Positions 26,100-40,400 of a stretch of DNA of 64,000 nucleotides are shown piece after piece. Each line of letters begins with the position of its first letter. Position 1 is the stretch's first letter. The stretch is taken from the NCBI GenBank assembly GCA_009914755.4, contig CP068257.2, positions 6,656,001 to 6,720,000 on the forward strand, read 5' to 3'. Below the pieces are notes generated by a model that did not search any database, had not been told where the DNA came from, and saw only the letters and a program-made list of their open reading frames with translations. The DNA comes from the human T2T-CHM13v2.0 reference genome, Homo sapiens. The position numbers and the translations under genes were made by a program.

Positions 26100-27500
26100 A
26101 AAGGAATGGAATCAACTAGAATGGAATGAAATTTAATGGAATGGAGTGGAATGGAATGGAATGCAATGGAATCAACAAGAGTGAAATGCAATGGAATGGA
26201 ATGGAATGGAATGGAATGGAATGGAATGGAATGGAATCAACCCGACTGGAGTGAAATAAAATGGAATGGAATGGAATGGAATGGAATGGAATAAAATGGA
26301 ATGGAATGGAATGGAAACAACGTGAGTGGAATGGAATGGAATGGAATGGAGTAACCAGAGAGGAATGGAATAGAATGGAGTGAAATGGAATGGAATAGAA
26401 TGGAATGGAATGGAATGGAATGGAATAGAATGAAAGGTAAAGGAATGGAATGGAAATAACCCGAGTGGAATGGAATGGAATGGAATGGAATGGAATGGAA
26501 TGGAATGGAAGCAACCCCAGTTGAATGGAATGCAATGGAATGGAACGGAATATAATGGAATGGAACAGAAGCATCCCGAGTGCAATGGAATGGTATGGAA
26601 TACAACAGAATGGAATGGAACAGAACGGAATGAAATGGGATGGAATAGATTGATTGCGAGTGGAATGGAATGCAATGGAATGGATTGGAATGGAATGGAA
26701 CGCATTGGAATGGATTGGAATGGAAAGGAATGGATTCAACCCGATTGGAATGTAATTGATTGGAATGGAATGGAATGGAATGGAATGGAATGGAATGGAA
26801 TGGAATCAACACGAATGGAATGGAACGGAATGGAATGGAATGGAATGGAATGGAATGAAATGGAAAGGAACAGAATAGAATCAACCCAAGTGGAATGGAA
26901 TGGAATGGAATGGAAGGGAATCAACACGAGTGGAATGGAATGGAAAGGAATGCAATGGAATGGAATGGAATGGAATGGAATGGAATGGAATGGAATGGAA
27001 TCAACCCGAGTGGAGTAGAATGGAATGGAATGGAATCAACCCCAGTGGAATGGAATGGAATGGAATGCAATAGAATTGAATGGAATGGAATGGAACGGAA
27101 TTCAATGGAATCAACCCAAGTGGAATGGAATGGTATGGAATGCAATGGAATGGAGTGGAACAGAACGGAATGGAATGGAATGGAATTGATTGAATCCGAG
27201 TGGAATTGAATGGAAGGGAATGCATTGGAAAGGAATGGAAAGGATTCAACCCGCGTGGTATGTAATGGATTGGAATGGAGTGGAATGGAATGGAATGGAA
27301 TGGAGTGGAATGGAATCAACACAAATGGAATGGAATAGAATGGAAAGGAATGGAATGCAATGGAATGGAATGCAATGGAATGGAATGAAATGGAATAAAC
27401 CGGAATGTAATGGAATGGAATTAAATGGAATAAACCGGAATGTAATGGAATGGAATGGAATGGAATGGAATGAATTGGAAAAAACCCGAATCGAATGGAA
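26100..27500 (+). repeat. HSat3 HOR 'A', partial third copy (corresponds to ~13395-14800 of copy 1), then mosaic
   Basis: The start landmark recurs at ~26100. The ORFs at 26470 and 27190 match those at 13761/19062 and 14506/19792. Confidence 0.7.
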
Positions 27501-29275
27501 TGGAATGGAATGGAATGGAAGGGAATGGAAACTACTGGAATGGAATGGAAACAACACGAGTGGAATGGAATGCAATGGAATGCAATGGAATGGAATGGAA
27601 TGGAATGGAATGGAATGTAAAGGAATGGACTGGAATAGAATGGAATTCTATGGAATGCAATGGTATCGATTTGAATGGAATGGAATGGAACGGAACGGAA
27701 TGGAATGGAATTGACTCCAATGGAATTGAATGGAATGGAATGGATTGCAATGGAATGGAACGGAATTAACCCGAGTGGAATGGAATGTAATGGAATGGAG
27801 TGGAATGTAATGGAATGGAGTGGAATGTAATGTAAAGGAATGGAGTGGAATGTAATGGAATGGAGTGGAGTGGAATGGAATGGAATGGAATGGAATGGAA
27901 AGGAATGGAATCAATCCGGGTGGAATGGAATGGAATGTAACGGATTGGAATGGAATGGAATGGAGTGGAATGGAGTGGAATGGAATGGAATGGAATGGAA
28001 TGGAATCAACCCGAATGGAATGGAACGGAATGGAATGGAAAGGAATGGAATGGAATGGAATGGAATGGAATGAAATGGAATAAACCGGAATGTAATGGAA
28101 TGGAACGGAATGGAATGGAATGGAATGGAATGGAATGAATTGGAATAAACCCGAATGGAATAGAATGCAATGGAATGCAATGGAAAGGAATGGAATGGAA
28201 TGGAATGGAATGGAGTGGAATGGAATAAACACCAGTGGAATGAAATGGAATGGAATGGAATGGAATGGAATGGCATGGAATGGAATAAAATCAACCCGAG
28301 TAGAATGGAACGGAATGGAATGGAATGGAATGGAATGGAAAGGAATGGAATCAACTGGAATGGAATGAAGTGGAATGGAATGGAGTGGAATGGAATGGAA
28401 TGCAATGGAATCAACAAGAGTGAATTGCAATGGAATGGAAAGGAATGGAAAGGAATGGAATGGAATGGAATGGAATTGAATCAACCCGAGTGGAGTGAAA
28501 TAAAATGAAATGGAATGGAATGGAATCAACCTGAGTTCAACGGAATGGAATGGAATGGAATGGTATCAACAAGAGTGGAATGGAATGGAATTGAATGGAA
28601 TGGAACGGAATGGAATGAAATGGAAAAAACTGGAATGGAATGGAATGGAAAGGAATGGAACGGAATCAACCTGAGACAAATAGAATGGAATGGAATGGAA
28701 TGGAATGGAAGGGAATGGAAACTACTGGAATGGAATGGAAACAACACGAGTGGAATGGAATGCAATGGAATGCAATGGAATGTAATGGAATGGAATGGAA
28801 TGGAATGGAATGTAAAGGAATGGACTGGAATAGAATGGAATTCTATGGAATGCAATGGTATCGATTTGAATGGAATGGAACGGAACGGAACGGAATGGAA
28901 TGGAATTGACTCCAATGGAATTGAATGGAATGGAATGGATTGCAATGGAATGGAATGGAATTAACCAGAGTGGAATGGAATGTAATGGAATGGAGTGGAA
29001 TGAAATGGAACGGAGTGGAATGTAATGTAAAGGAATGGAGTGGAATGTAATGGAATGGAGTGGAATGGAATGGAATGGAATGGAATGGAATGGAAAGGAA
29101 TGGAATCAATCCGGGTGGAATGGAATGGAATGTAACGGATTGGAATGGAATGGAATGGAGTGGAATGGAGTGGAATGGAATGGAATGGAATGGAATGGAA
29201 TCAACCCGAATGGAATGGAACGGAATGGAATGGAAAGGAATGGAATGGAATGGAATGGAATGGAAAGGAATGGAA
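27500..29275 (+). repeat. A ~0.58 kb segment present twice, 1.2 kb apart (27500-28080 and 28700-29275)
   Basis: 'ggaatggaagggaatggaaactactggaatggaatggaaacaacacgagtggaatggaatgcaatggaatgcaatgg...tggtatcgatttgaatgg' occurs in both places. ORFs 27532-27750(-)/28526-28945(-) and 27840(+)/29035(+) are near-identical at an offset of ~1195. Confidence 0.7.
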
Positions 29276-32200
29276 TGCAACGGAATAGAATGGAATCAAC
29301 CCGAATGGGTTGGAATGAAATGGAATGGAATGAAATGGAATGGAATGATATGGAATCAACCGGAGTGTAATGTAAATGAATGGAATGGAATGGAATGGAA
29401 TAGAATGGAATGGAATGGAATGCTATGGAAACAACCCGAGTGGAATGGAATGGAATGGAATGGAATGGAATGGAATGGAATGGAATGCAATGCAATGGAA
29501 TGGAATGCAATGGAATGGAATGGAAAGGAATGGAATGGAATGGAATGGAATGAACCCTAATGGAATGGAATGGAACGGAATGCAATGGAATGGAATGGAA
29601 TAACATGCAATCAACTTTGGTGGAATGGTATGGAATGGAATGGAATGGAATGGAATGGAATGGAATGGAATGGAATGGAATCAACCAGAGTGGACTGCAA
29701 CGGAATAAAATGGAATGGAATGGAACTGAAAGGAACGGAACAGAACGGAATTGAATAGAATGGAATCAACCCAAGTGGAAAGGAATGGAATGGAATGGAA
29801 TGGAATGCAATGGAATGGAATGGAATAGCATGCAATCAAAGTTGGTGGAATGGCATTGAATGGTATGGAGTGGAATGGAATGGATTGGAATGGTATGGAA
29901 TGGAATGGAATAAAAAAGCATGGAATGGAATGGAATCAACCCGAGAGGAATGGAATGGAATGGAATGGAATGGAATGGAATGGAATGGAATGGAAATAAA
30001 GCAAACCGAGTGGAATGGAATGGAATGGAATGGAATGGAATGGAATCAACACAAATGGAATGGAATGGAATGGAATGGAATGGAATAGAATGGAAAGGAA
30101 TGGAATGCAATTGAATGGAAAGGAATGGAATGGAATAAACCCGAATGGAATGGAATGGAATGGAATGGAATGGAATGGAATGGAATGGAAAGAATTAGAA
30201 TAAACCCGAATGGAATGGAATGGAATGGAATTTAATGGTGTGGAACGGAATAAACACCAGTGGAATGAAATGGAATGGAATGGAATGGAATTGAATGGAA
30301 AGGAATGAAATCAACCCGAGTAGAATGGAACAGAATGGAATGGAATCGAATGGAATGGAAAGGAATGGAATCAACTGGAATGGAATGAAATGGAATGGAA
30401 TGGAGTGGAATGGAATGGAATGCATTGGAATCAACAAGAGTGAAACGCAATGGAAAGGAATGGAATGGAATGCAATGGAATTGAATGGAATGGAATAGAA
30501 TGGAATCAACCCGAGTGGAGTGAAATAAATTGGAATGGAATGGAATGGAATCAACCTGAGTGGAACGGAATGGAATGGAAAGGAATGGAACGGAATGGAA
30601 TGCATTGGAATCAACTGGAATGGAATGGAATGGAATGGAACGGAATCAACCTGAGTCAAATAGAATGGAATGGAATGGAATGGAATGGAATGGAATGGAA
30701 TGGAATGGAAACTACTGGAATGGAATGGAAAAAACCCGAGTGGAATGGAATGCAATGGAATGGAATGGAGTGGAATGGAATGGAATGGAATGGAATAAAC
30801 ACGAGTGGACTGCAACGGAATGAAATGGAATGGAATGCAATGGAATGGAATGGAATGGAACGGAACGGAATGGAATTGAATGGAATGGAATCAACCCAAG
30901 TGGAAAGGAATGGAATGGAATGGAATGGAATAGCATGCAATCAAATTTGGTGGAATGGTATGGAATGGTATGGATTGGAATGGAATGGAATGGAATTGTA
31001 TGGAATGGAATGGAATTTAACCGAGTGGAAAGGAATGGAATGGAAATAACCCGAGTGGAATGGAATGGAATGGAATGGAATGGAATGGAATGGAATGGAA
31101 TGGAATCAACCCCAGTTGAATGGAATGGAAAGGCATGGAACGGAATATAATGGAATGGAACGGAAACATCCCGAGTGGAATGGAATGGTATGGAATGCAA
31201 CAGAATGGAATGGAACAGAACGGAATGAAATGGAATGGAAAAGATTGAATGCGAGTGGAATGGAATGGAATGGAATGGATTGGAATGGAATGGAACGGAT
31301 TGGAGTGGAATGGAATGGAATCAACACGAATGGGATGGAAACAAATGGAATGGAATGGAATGGAATGGAATGGAATGGAACGGAATGGAATCAACCCGAT
31401 TGGAATGGAATGGAATGGAATGGAATCCACCCGAGTGGAATGGAATGGAATGGAATGCAATGGAATTGAACAGAATATAATGGAATTAAATGGAATCATC
31501 CCGAGTGGAATGGAATGGTATCTAATGCAATTTAATGGAATCGAACAGAACGGAATGGAATAGAAAGAATAGATTGAATCCAAGTGGAATTGAATGGAAT
31601 GGAATGGATTGGAAAGGAATGGAATGGACTGGAATGGATTTGAATAGAAAGGAATGGATTCAACCCGAGTGGAATGTAATGGATTGGAATGGAATGGAAT
31701 GGAATGGAATGGAATGGAATGGAATGGAATGGAATCAACCCGAGTGGAGTAGAATGGAATGGAATGGAATCAACCCCAGTGGAATGGAATGGAATGGAAT
31801 GCAATAGAATGGAAAGGAATGGAATGGAATGGAATTCAATGGAATTCACCGGAGTGGAAAGGAATGGTATGCAATGCAATGGAATAGAGTGGAATGGAAT
31901 GGAATCAACGAGAGTTGAATGTAATGGAATGGAATGGAACGGCCTATAATGGAATGGAACGGAATCATCCAGAGTGGAATGGAATGGTATGGAATGCAAT
32001 AGAATGGAATGGAACAGAAAGGAATGAAATGCAATGGAATAGATTGAATGCTAGTGGAATTGAATGGAATGGAATGGATTGGAATGGAATGGAATGGATT
32101 GGAGTGGAATGGAATGGAATCAACACGAATGGGATGGAACGGAATGGAATGGAATGGAAAGGAATGGAATGGAATGGAATGGAATGGAATGGAATGGAAT

Positions 32201-35200
32201 GGAATGGAATGGATTGAAATGGAATGGAAAAGAACGGAATTGAATCAACCCGAGTGGAATGGAATGGAATGGAATGGAATCCACCCGAGTGGAATGGAAT
32301 CGAATGGAAGGCAATGGAATTGAACGGAATATAATGGAATTAAATGGAATCATCCCGAGTGGAATGAAATGCTATCTAATGCAATGGAATGGAATGGAAC
32401 AGAACGGAATGGAATGGAAAGAATAGATTGAATCCAAGTGGAATTGAATGGAATGGAATGGATTGGAAAGGAATGGAATGGATTGGAATGGATTGGAATG
32501 GAAAGGAATGGATTCAACCTGAGTGGAATGTAATGGATTGGAATGGAATGGAATGGAATGGAATGGAATGGAATCAACACGAATGGAATGGAACGGAATG
32601 GAATGGAATGGAATGGAATGGAATGGAATGGAATGGAATGAAATGGAAAGGAAAGGAATAGAATCAACCCAAGTGGAATGGAATGGAATGGAATGGAATG
32701 GAATGGAATGGAATAGAATGGAATCAACCCGAGTGGAGTGAAATCAAATGGAATGGAATGGAATGGAATCAACCCGAGTGGAATGGAATGGAATGGAATG
32801 GAATCAACGCAGTGGAATGGAATGGAATGGAATGCAATAGAATGGAAAGGAATGGAATGGAATGGAATTCAATGGAATCAACCCGAGTGGAAAGGAATGG
32901 TATGGAATGCAATGGAATGGAGTGGAATGGAACGGAATCATCCCGAGTGGAATGGAATGGTATGGAATGCAATAGAATGGAATGGAACAGAACGGAATGA
33001 AATGCAATGGAATAGATTGAATGCTAGTGGAATTGAATGGAATAGAATGGATTGGAATGGAATGGAATGGATTGGAGTGGAATGGGATGGAACGGAATGG
33101 AACGGAATGGAATGGAATCAACACAAATGGAATGGAATGGAATGGAATGGAATAGAATGGAAAGGAATGGAATGCAATGGAATGGAATGAAATGGAATAA
33201 ACCCGAATGGAATGGAATGGAATGGAATGGAATGGAATGGAATGGAATGGAAGGGAATGGAATGGAATGGAATGAATTGGAATAAACCCGAATGGAATGG
33301 AATGGAATGGAATGGAATTTAATGGTGTGGAATGGAATAAACACCAGTGGAATGAAATGGAATGGAATGGAATGGAACTGAATGGAAAGGAAAGAAATCA
33401 ACCCGAGTAGAATGGAACACAATGGAATGGAATGGAATGGAATGGAAAGGAATGGAATCAACTGGAATGGAATGAAATGGAATGGAATGGAGTGGAATGG
33501 AATGGAATGCATTGGAATCAAAAAGAGTGAAATGCAATGGAAAGGAATGGAATGGAATGGAATGGAATGGAATGGAATGGAATGGAATAGAATGGAATCA
33601 ACCCGAGTGGAGTGAAATAAATTGGAATGGAATGGAATGGAATCAACCTGAGTGGAACGGAATGGAATGGAATGGAATGGAACGGAATGGAATGCAATGG
33701 AATAAACTGGAATGGAATGGAATGGAATGGAATGGAACGGAATCAACCTAAGTCAAATAGAATGGAATCGAATGGAATGGAATGGAATGGAATGGAATGG
33801 AATGGAATGGAATGGAAACTACTGGAATGGAATGGAAACAACCCGAGTGGAATGGAATGCAATGGAATGTAATGGAGTGGAATGGAATGGAATGGAACGG
33901 AATCAACACGAGTGGACTGCAACGGAATGAAATGGAATGGAATGCAATGGAATGGAATGGAATGGAACGGAACGGAATGGAATTGAATGGAATGGAATCA
34001 ACCCAAGTGGAAAGGAATGGAATGGAATGGAATGGAATGGAATGGAATGGAATGGAATGGAATCAACCGAGTGGAGTAGAATGGAATGGAATGGAATCAA
34101 CCCAGTGGAATGGAATGGAATGGAATGCAATAGAATGGAAAGGAATGGAACGGAATGGAATTCAATGGAATCAACCCAAGTGGAAAGGAATGGTATGGAA
34201 TGCAATGGAATGGAGTGGAATGGAACGGAATCATCCCAAGTGGAATGGAATGGTATGGAATGCAATAGAATGGAATGGAACAGAACGGAATGAAATGCAA
34301 TGGAATAGATTGAAAGCCAGTGGAATTGAATGGAATGGAATGGATTGGAATGGAATGGAATGGATTGGAGTGGAATGGGATGGAACGGAATGGAATGGAA
34401 TGGAATGGAATGGAATGGAATGGAATGGAAAGGAATGGAAACAACTGGAAAGGAATGAAATGGAATGGAATGGAGTGGAATGGAATGGAATGCGTTGGAA
34501 TCAACAAGAGTGAAATGGAATGGAATGGAATGGAATGGAATGGAATAGAATGGAATCAAGCCGAGTGGAGTGAAATAAATTGGAATGGAATGGAATGGAA
34601 TCAACCTGAGTGGAACGGAATGGAATGGAAAGGAATGGAACGGAATGGAATGCAATGGAATTAACTGGAATGGAATGGAATGGAATGGAATGGAATGGAA
34701 TGGAATGGAATAGAACGGAATCAACCTGAATCAAATAGAATGGAATGGAATGGAATGGAATGGAATGGAATGGAATGGAAACTACTGGAATGGAATGTAA
34801 ACAACCCGAGTGGTATGGAATGCAATGGAATGGAATGGAGTGGAATAGAATGTAACGGAATGGAACGGAATTGAATGGAATGGAAACAACCCAAGTGGAA
34901 AGGAATGGAATGGAATGGAATGGAATGGAATGGAATGGAATGGAATAGCATGCAATCAACTTTGGTGGAATGGTATGGAATGGAATGGAATGGAATGGAA
35001 TGGAATGGAACGGAATGGAATGGTATGGAATGGAATGGAATAAAAGGGCATGGAATGGAATGGAATCAACCCGAGAGGAATGGAATGTAATGGAATGCAA
35101 TGGAATGGAATGGAATGGAATAGAAATGAATCAAACCGAGTGGAATGGAATAGAATGGAATGGAACGGAATCATCCCGAGTGGAATGGAATGGTATGGAA

Positions 35201-37479
35201 TGCAACAGAATGGAATGGAAGAGAACGGAATGAAATGGAATGGAATAGATTGAATGCGAGAGGAATGGAATGGAATGGAATGGATTGGAATGGAATGGAA
35301 CGGATTGGAGTGGAATGGAATGAAATCAACACGAATGGGATGGAGCGGAATGGAATGGAATGCAATGGAATGGAATGGAATGGAATGGAATGGAATGGAA
35401 TGGAATGGAAAGGAACGGAATGGAATCAACCCGATTGGAATGGAATGGAATGGAATGGAATCCACCCGAGTGGAATGGAATGGAATGGAATGCAATAGAA
35501 TTGAGCGGAATATAATGGAATTAAATGGAATCATCCCGAGTGGAATGGAATGGTATCTATTGCAATTTAATGGAATGGAACAGAATGGAATGGAATAGAA
35601 AGAATGGATTGAATCCGAGTGGAATGGAATAGAATGGAATTTAATGGAATGGAATGGAATAGAATGATATGGAATCAACCCGAGTGGAATGGTATAGAAT
35701 GGAACGTAATGGAACGGAATGGAATGGAATAAAATGGAATGGAATGGAATGGAAACAACCCGAGTGGAATGGAATGGAATGGAATCGAGTAACCGGAGAG
35801 GAATGGAATGGAATGGAGTGGAATGGAATGGAATAGAATGGAATGGAATGGAATGGAATGCAATAGAATGAAAAGGAAAGGAATGGAATGGAAATAACCC
35901 GAGTGGAATGGAATGGAATGGAATGGAATGGAATGGAATGGAATAGAATGGAATCAACCCCAGTTGAATGGAATGGAATGGAATGGAACGGAATATAATG
36001 GAATGGAACGGAATCATCCCGATTGGAATGGGATGGTATGGAATGCAACAGAATGGAATGGAACAGAACGGAATGAAATGGAATGGAATAGATTGAATGC
36101 GAGTGGAATGGAAAGGAATGGAATGGATTGGAATGGAATGGAACGGATTGGAGTGGAATGGAATGGAATCAACACGAATGGATGGAAAGGAATGGAATGG
36201 AATGGAATGGAATGGAATGGAATGGAATGGAAAGGAACGGAATGGAATCAACCCGAGTGGAATGGAATGGAATGGAATGGAATCCACCCGAGTGGAATGG
36301 AATGGAATGGAATGCAATGGAATTGAACGGAATATAATGGAATTAAATGGAATCATCCCGAGTGGAATCGAATGGTATCTAATGCAATTTAATGGAATAG
36401 AACAGAACGGATTGGAATAGAAAGAATAGATTGAATCCAAGTGGAATTGAATGGAATGGAATGGATTGGAAAGGAATGGAATGGATTGGAATGGATTTGA
36501 ATGGAAAGGAATCGATTCAACCCGAGTGGAATGTAATGGATTGGAATGGAATGGAATGGAATGGAATGGAATGGAATGGAATGGTATTGAATGAAATGGA
36601 AGGGAACGGAATAGAATCAACCCAAGTGTAATGGAATGGAATGGAATGGAAGGGAATCAACACGAGTGGAATGGAATGGAATGGAATGGAATGGAATGGA
36701 ATGGAATGGAATGGAATGGAATGGAATGGAATGGAATGGAATCAACCCGAGTGGAGAAGAATGGAATGGAGTGGAATCAACCCCAGTGGAATGGAATGGA
36801 ATGGAATGCAATAAAATGGAAAGGAATGGAATGGAATGGAATTCAATTGAATCAAGCCGAGTGGAAAGGAATGGTATGGAATGCAATGGAATGGAGTGGA
36901 ATGGAATGGAATCAACGCGACTTGAATGGAATGGAATGGAATGGAACGGAATATAATGGAATGGAACGGAATCATCCCGAGTGGAATGGAATGGTATGGA
37001 ATGCAATAGAATGGAATGGAACAGAACGGAATGAAATGCAATGGAATAGATTGAATGCTAGTGGAATTGAATGGAATGGAATGGATTGGAATGAAATGGA
37101 ATGGATTGTAGTGGAATGGAAAGGAATCAATACGAATGGGATGGAACGGAATGGAATGGAATGGAATGGAATGGAATGCAATGGAATGGAATGGAATGGA
37201 ATGGAATGAAATGGAATGGAATGGAGTGGAATGGAATGGAATGCAATGGAATCAACAAGAGTGCAATGCAATAGAATGGAATGGAATGGGATGGAATGGA
37301 ATGGAATCAACCCGAGTGGAGTAGAATGGAATGGAATGGAATGGAATGGAATGGAATGGAATGGAATCAACCTGAGTTGAACGGAATGGAATGGAATGGA
37401 ATGGTATCAACCAGAGTGGAATGGAATGGAATTGAATGGAATGGAACGGAATGGAATGCAATGGAATCAACTGGAATGG

Positions 37480-40400
37480 AATGGAATTGAACGAAATGGA
37501 ATGGAATCAACCTCAGTCAAATAGAATGGAATGGAATGGAATGGAATGGAATGGAATAGAATGCAATGGAAGGGAAAGGAAAGGAATGGAATCAACCCGA
37601 GTGGAATGGAATGGAATGGAATGGAATCCACCCGAGTGGAATGGAATGGAATGGAATGCAATGGAATTGAACGGAATATAATGGAATTAAATGGAATCAT
37701 CCCGTGTGGAACGGAATGGTATCTAATGCAATGGAATGGAATGGAACAGAACGGAATGGAATGGAAGAATAGATTGAATCCAAGTGGAATTGAATGGAAT
37801 GGAATGGATTGGAAAGGAATGGAATGGATTGCAATGGATTGGAATGGAAACGAATGGATTCAACCCGAGTGGAATGCAATGGATTGGAATGGAATGGAAT
37901 GGAATGGAATGGAATGGAATGGAATGGAATGGAATGGAATCAACACGAATGCAATGGAACGGAATGGAATGGAATGGAATGGAATGGTATGGAATGAAAT
38001 AGAAAGGAACGGAACAGAATCAACCCCAGTGGAATTGAATGGAAAGGAATGCAATTGAATGGAATGGAATGGAATGGAATCAACCCGAGTGGAGTAGAAT
38101 GGAATTGAATAGAATGAACCGCAGTGGAATGGAATGGAATGGAATGCAATAGAATGGAAAGGAATGGAATGGAATGGAATGGAATGGAATGGAATTCAAT
38201 GGAATCAACCCAAGTGGAATGGAACGGTATGGAATGCAATGGAATGGAGTGGAACAGAACGGAATGGAATGGAATGGAAATGATTGAATCCGAGTGGAAA
38301 TGAATGGAAGGGAAAGCATTGTAAAGGAATGGAAAGGATTCAACCCGAGTGGAATGTAATGGATTGGAATGGAGTGGAATGTAATGGAATGGATTGGAAT
38401 GGAATGGAATCAACACAAATGGAAAGGAATGGAATGGAATGGAATAGAATGGAAAGGAATGGAATGCAATGGAATGGAATGGAATGGAATGGAATGGAAT
38501 AAACCGGAATGGAATGGAATGGAATGGAATGGAATGGAATGGAATGGAATGGAATGGAATGGAATGGAATGGAATGAATTGGAATAAACCCGAATGGAAT
38601 GGAATGGAATGGAATGGAATGGAGTGGAATGGAATAAACACCAGTGGAATGAAATGGAATGGAATGGAATGGTATGGAATGGAATGGAATGGAAAGGAAT
38701 GAAATCAACCCCAGTAGAATGGAACAGAATGGAATGGAATGCAATGGAATGGAAAGGAATGGAATCAACTGGAATGGAATGAAATGGAATGGAATGGAGT
38801 GGAATGGAATGGAATGCATTGGAATCAACAAGAGTGAAATGCAATGGAATGGAATGGAATGGAATGGAATAGAATGGAATCAACCCGAGTGGAGTGAAAT
38901 CAAATGGAATGGAATGGAATGGAATCAACCTGAGTGGAACGGAATGGAATGGAATGGAATGGAATGGAATGGAATGGAATGGTATCAACCAGAGTGGAAT
39001 TGAATGGAATGGAATGGAATGGAATGCAATGGAATCAACTGGAATGGAATGGAATGGAATGGAATGGAACGGAATGGAATGGAATGGAATGGAACGGAAT
39101 GGAATGGAAACTACTGGAATGGAATGGAAACAACCCGAGTGGAATGGAATGCAATGAATGGAATGGAGTGGAATGAAATGGAATGGAATGGAATCAACAC
39201 GAGTGGACTGCAACGGAATGAAATGGAATGGAATGGAATGGAATGGAATGAAACGGAACGGAACAGAACGGAATTGAATGCAATGGAATCAACCCAAGTG
39301 GAAAGGAACGGAATGGAATGGAATGGAATGGAATGGAATGGAATAGCATGCAATCAACTTTGGTGGAATGGTATGGAATGGTATGGTATGGAATGGAATG
39401 GAATGGAATGGTATGGAATGGAATAGAATAAAAGGGCATGGAATGGAATGGAATCAAGCCAAGAGGAATGGAATGGAATGGAATGGAATGGAATGGAATG
39501 GAATGGAATGGAATGGATTGGAAATGAATCAAACCGAGTGGAATGGAATAGAATGGAATGGAATGGAATGGAAACAATGCAATGCAATTGTATCAACGGG
39601 AATGGAATGCATTGGAATGGAATGGAATGGAATGGAATCACCCTGAGTGGATAGGAATGGAATGGAAGGGAATGGAAAGGAATGGAATGGAATGGAAACT
39701 AATGGAATGGAATGGAAACAACCCGAGTGGAATGGAATGGAATGGAATGGAATGGAATGGAATGGAATACAACAAAATGGAAACAACCCGAGTGGAATGG
39801 CATGGAATGGAAAGGACTTGAATATAATGGAATGGATTGGAATCAACCCGATTAGAAACTAATGGAATTGAATGGAATGGAATGGAATAGAATGGAATGG
39901 AATTTACCCGAGTGGAATGGAATGTAACGAAATTAAATGGAATGGATTGGAATGGAATGGAATGGATTGGAGTGGAATGGAATGGAATCAACACGAATGG
40001 GATGGAACGGAATGGAATGCAATGGAACGGAATGGAATGGAATGGAATGGAATGGAATGGAATGGTATGGAATGAAATGGAAAGGAACGGAATAGAATCA
40101 ACCCAAGTGGAACGGAATGGAATGGAATGGAAGGGAATCAACACGAGTGGAATGGAATGGAAAGGAATGCAATGGAATGGAATGGAATGGAATGGAATGG
40201 AATGGAATCTACCCGAGTGGAGTAGAATGGAATGGCATGGAATCATCTCCAGTGGAATGGAATGGAACGGAATGCAATAGAATGGAATGGAAATGAATGG
40301 AATGGAATTCAATGGAATGAACCCGAGTGGAATGGCATGGTATGGAATGCAATGGAATGGATTGGAACAGAACGGAATGGAATGGAATGGAACTGATTGA

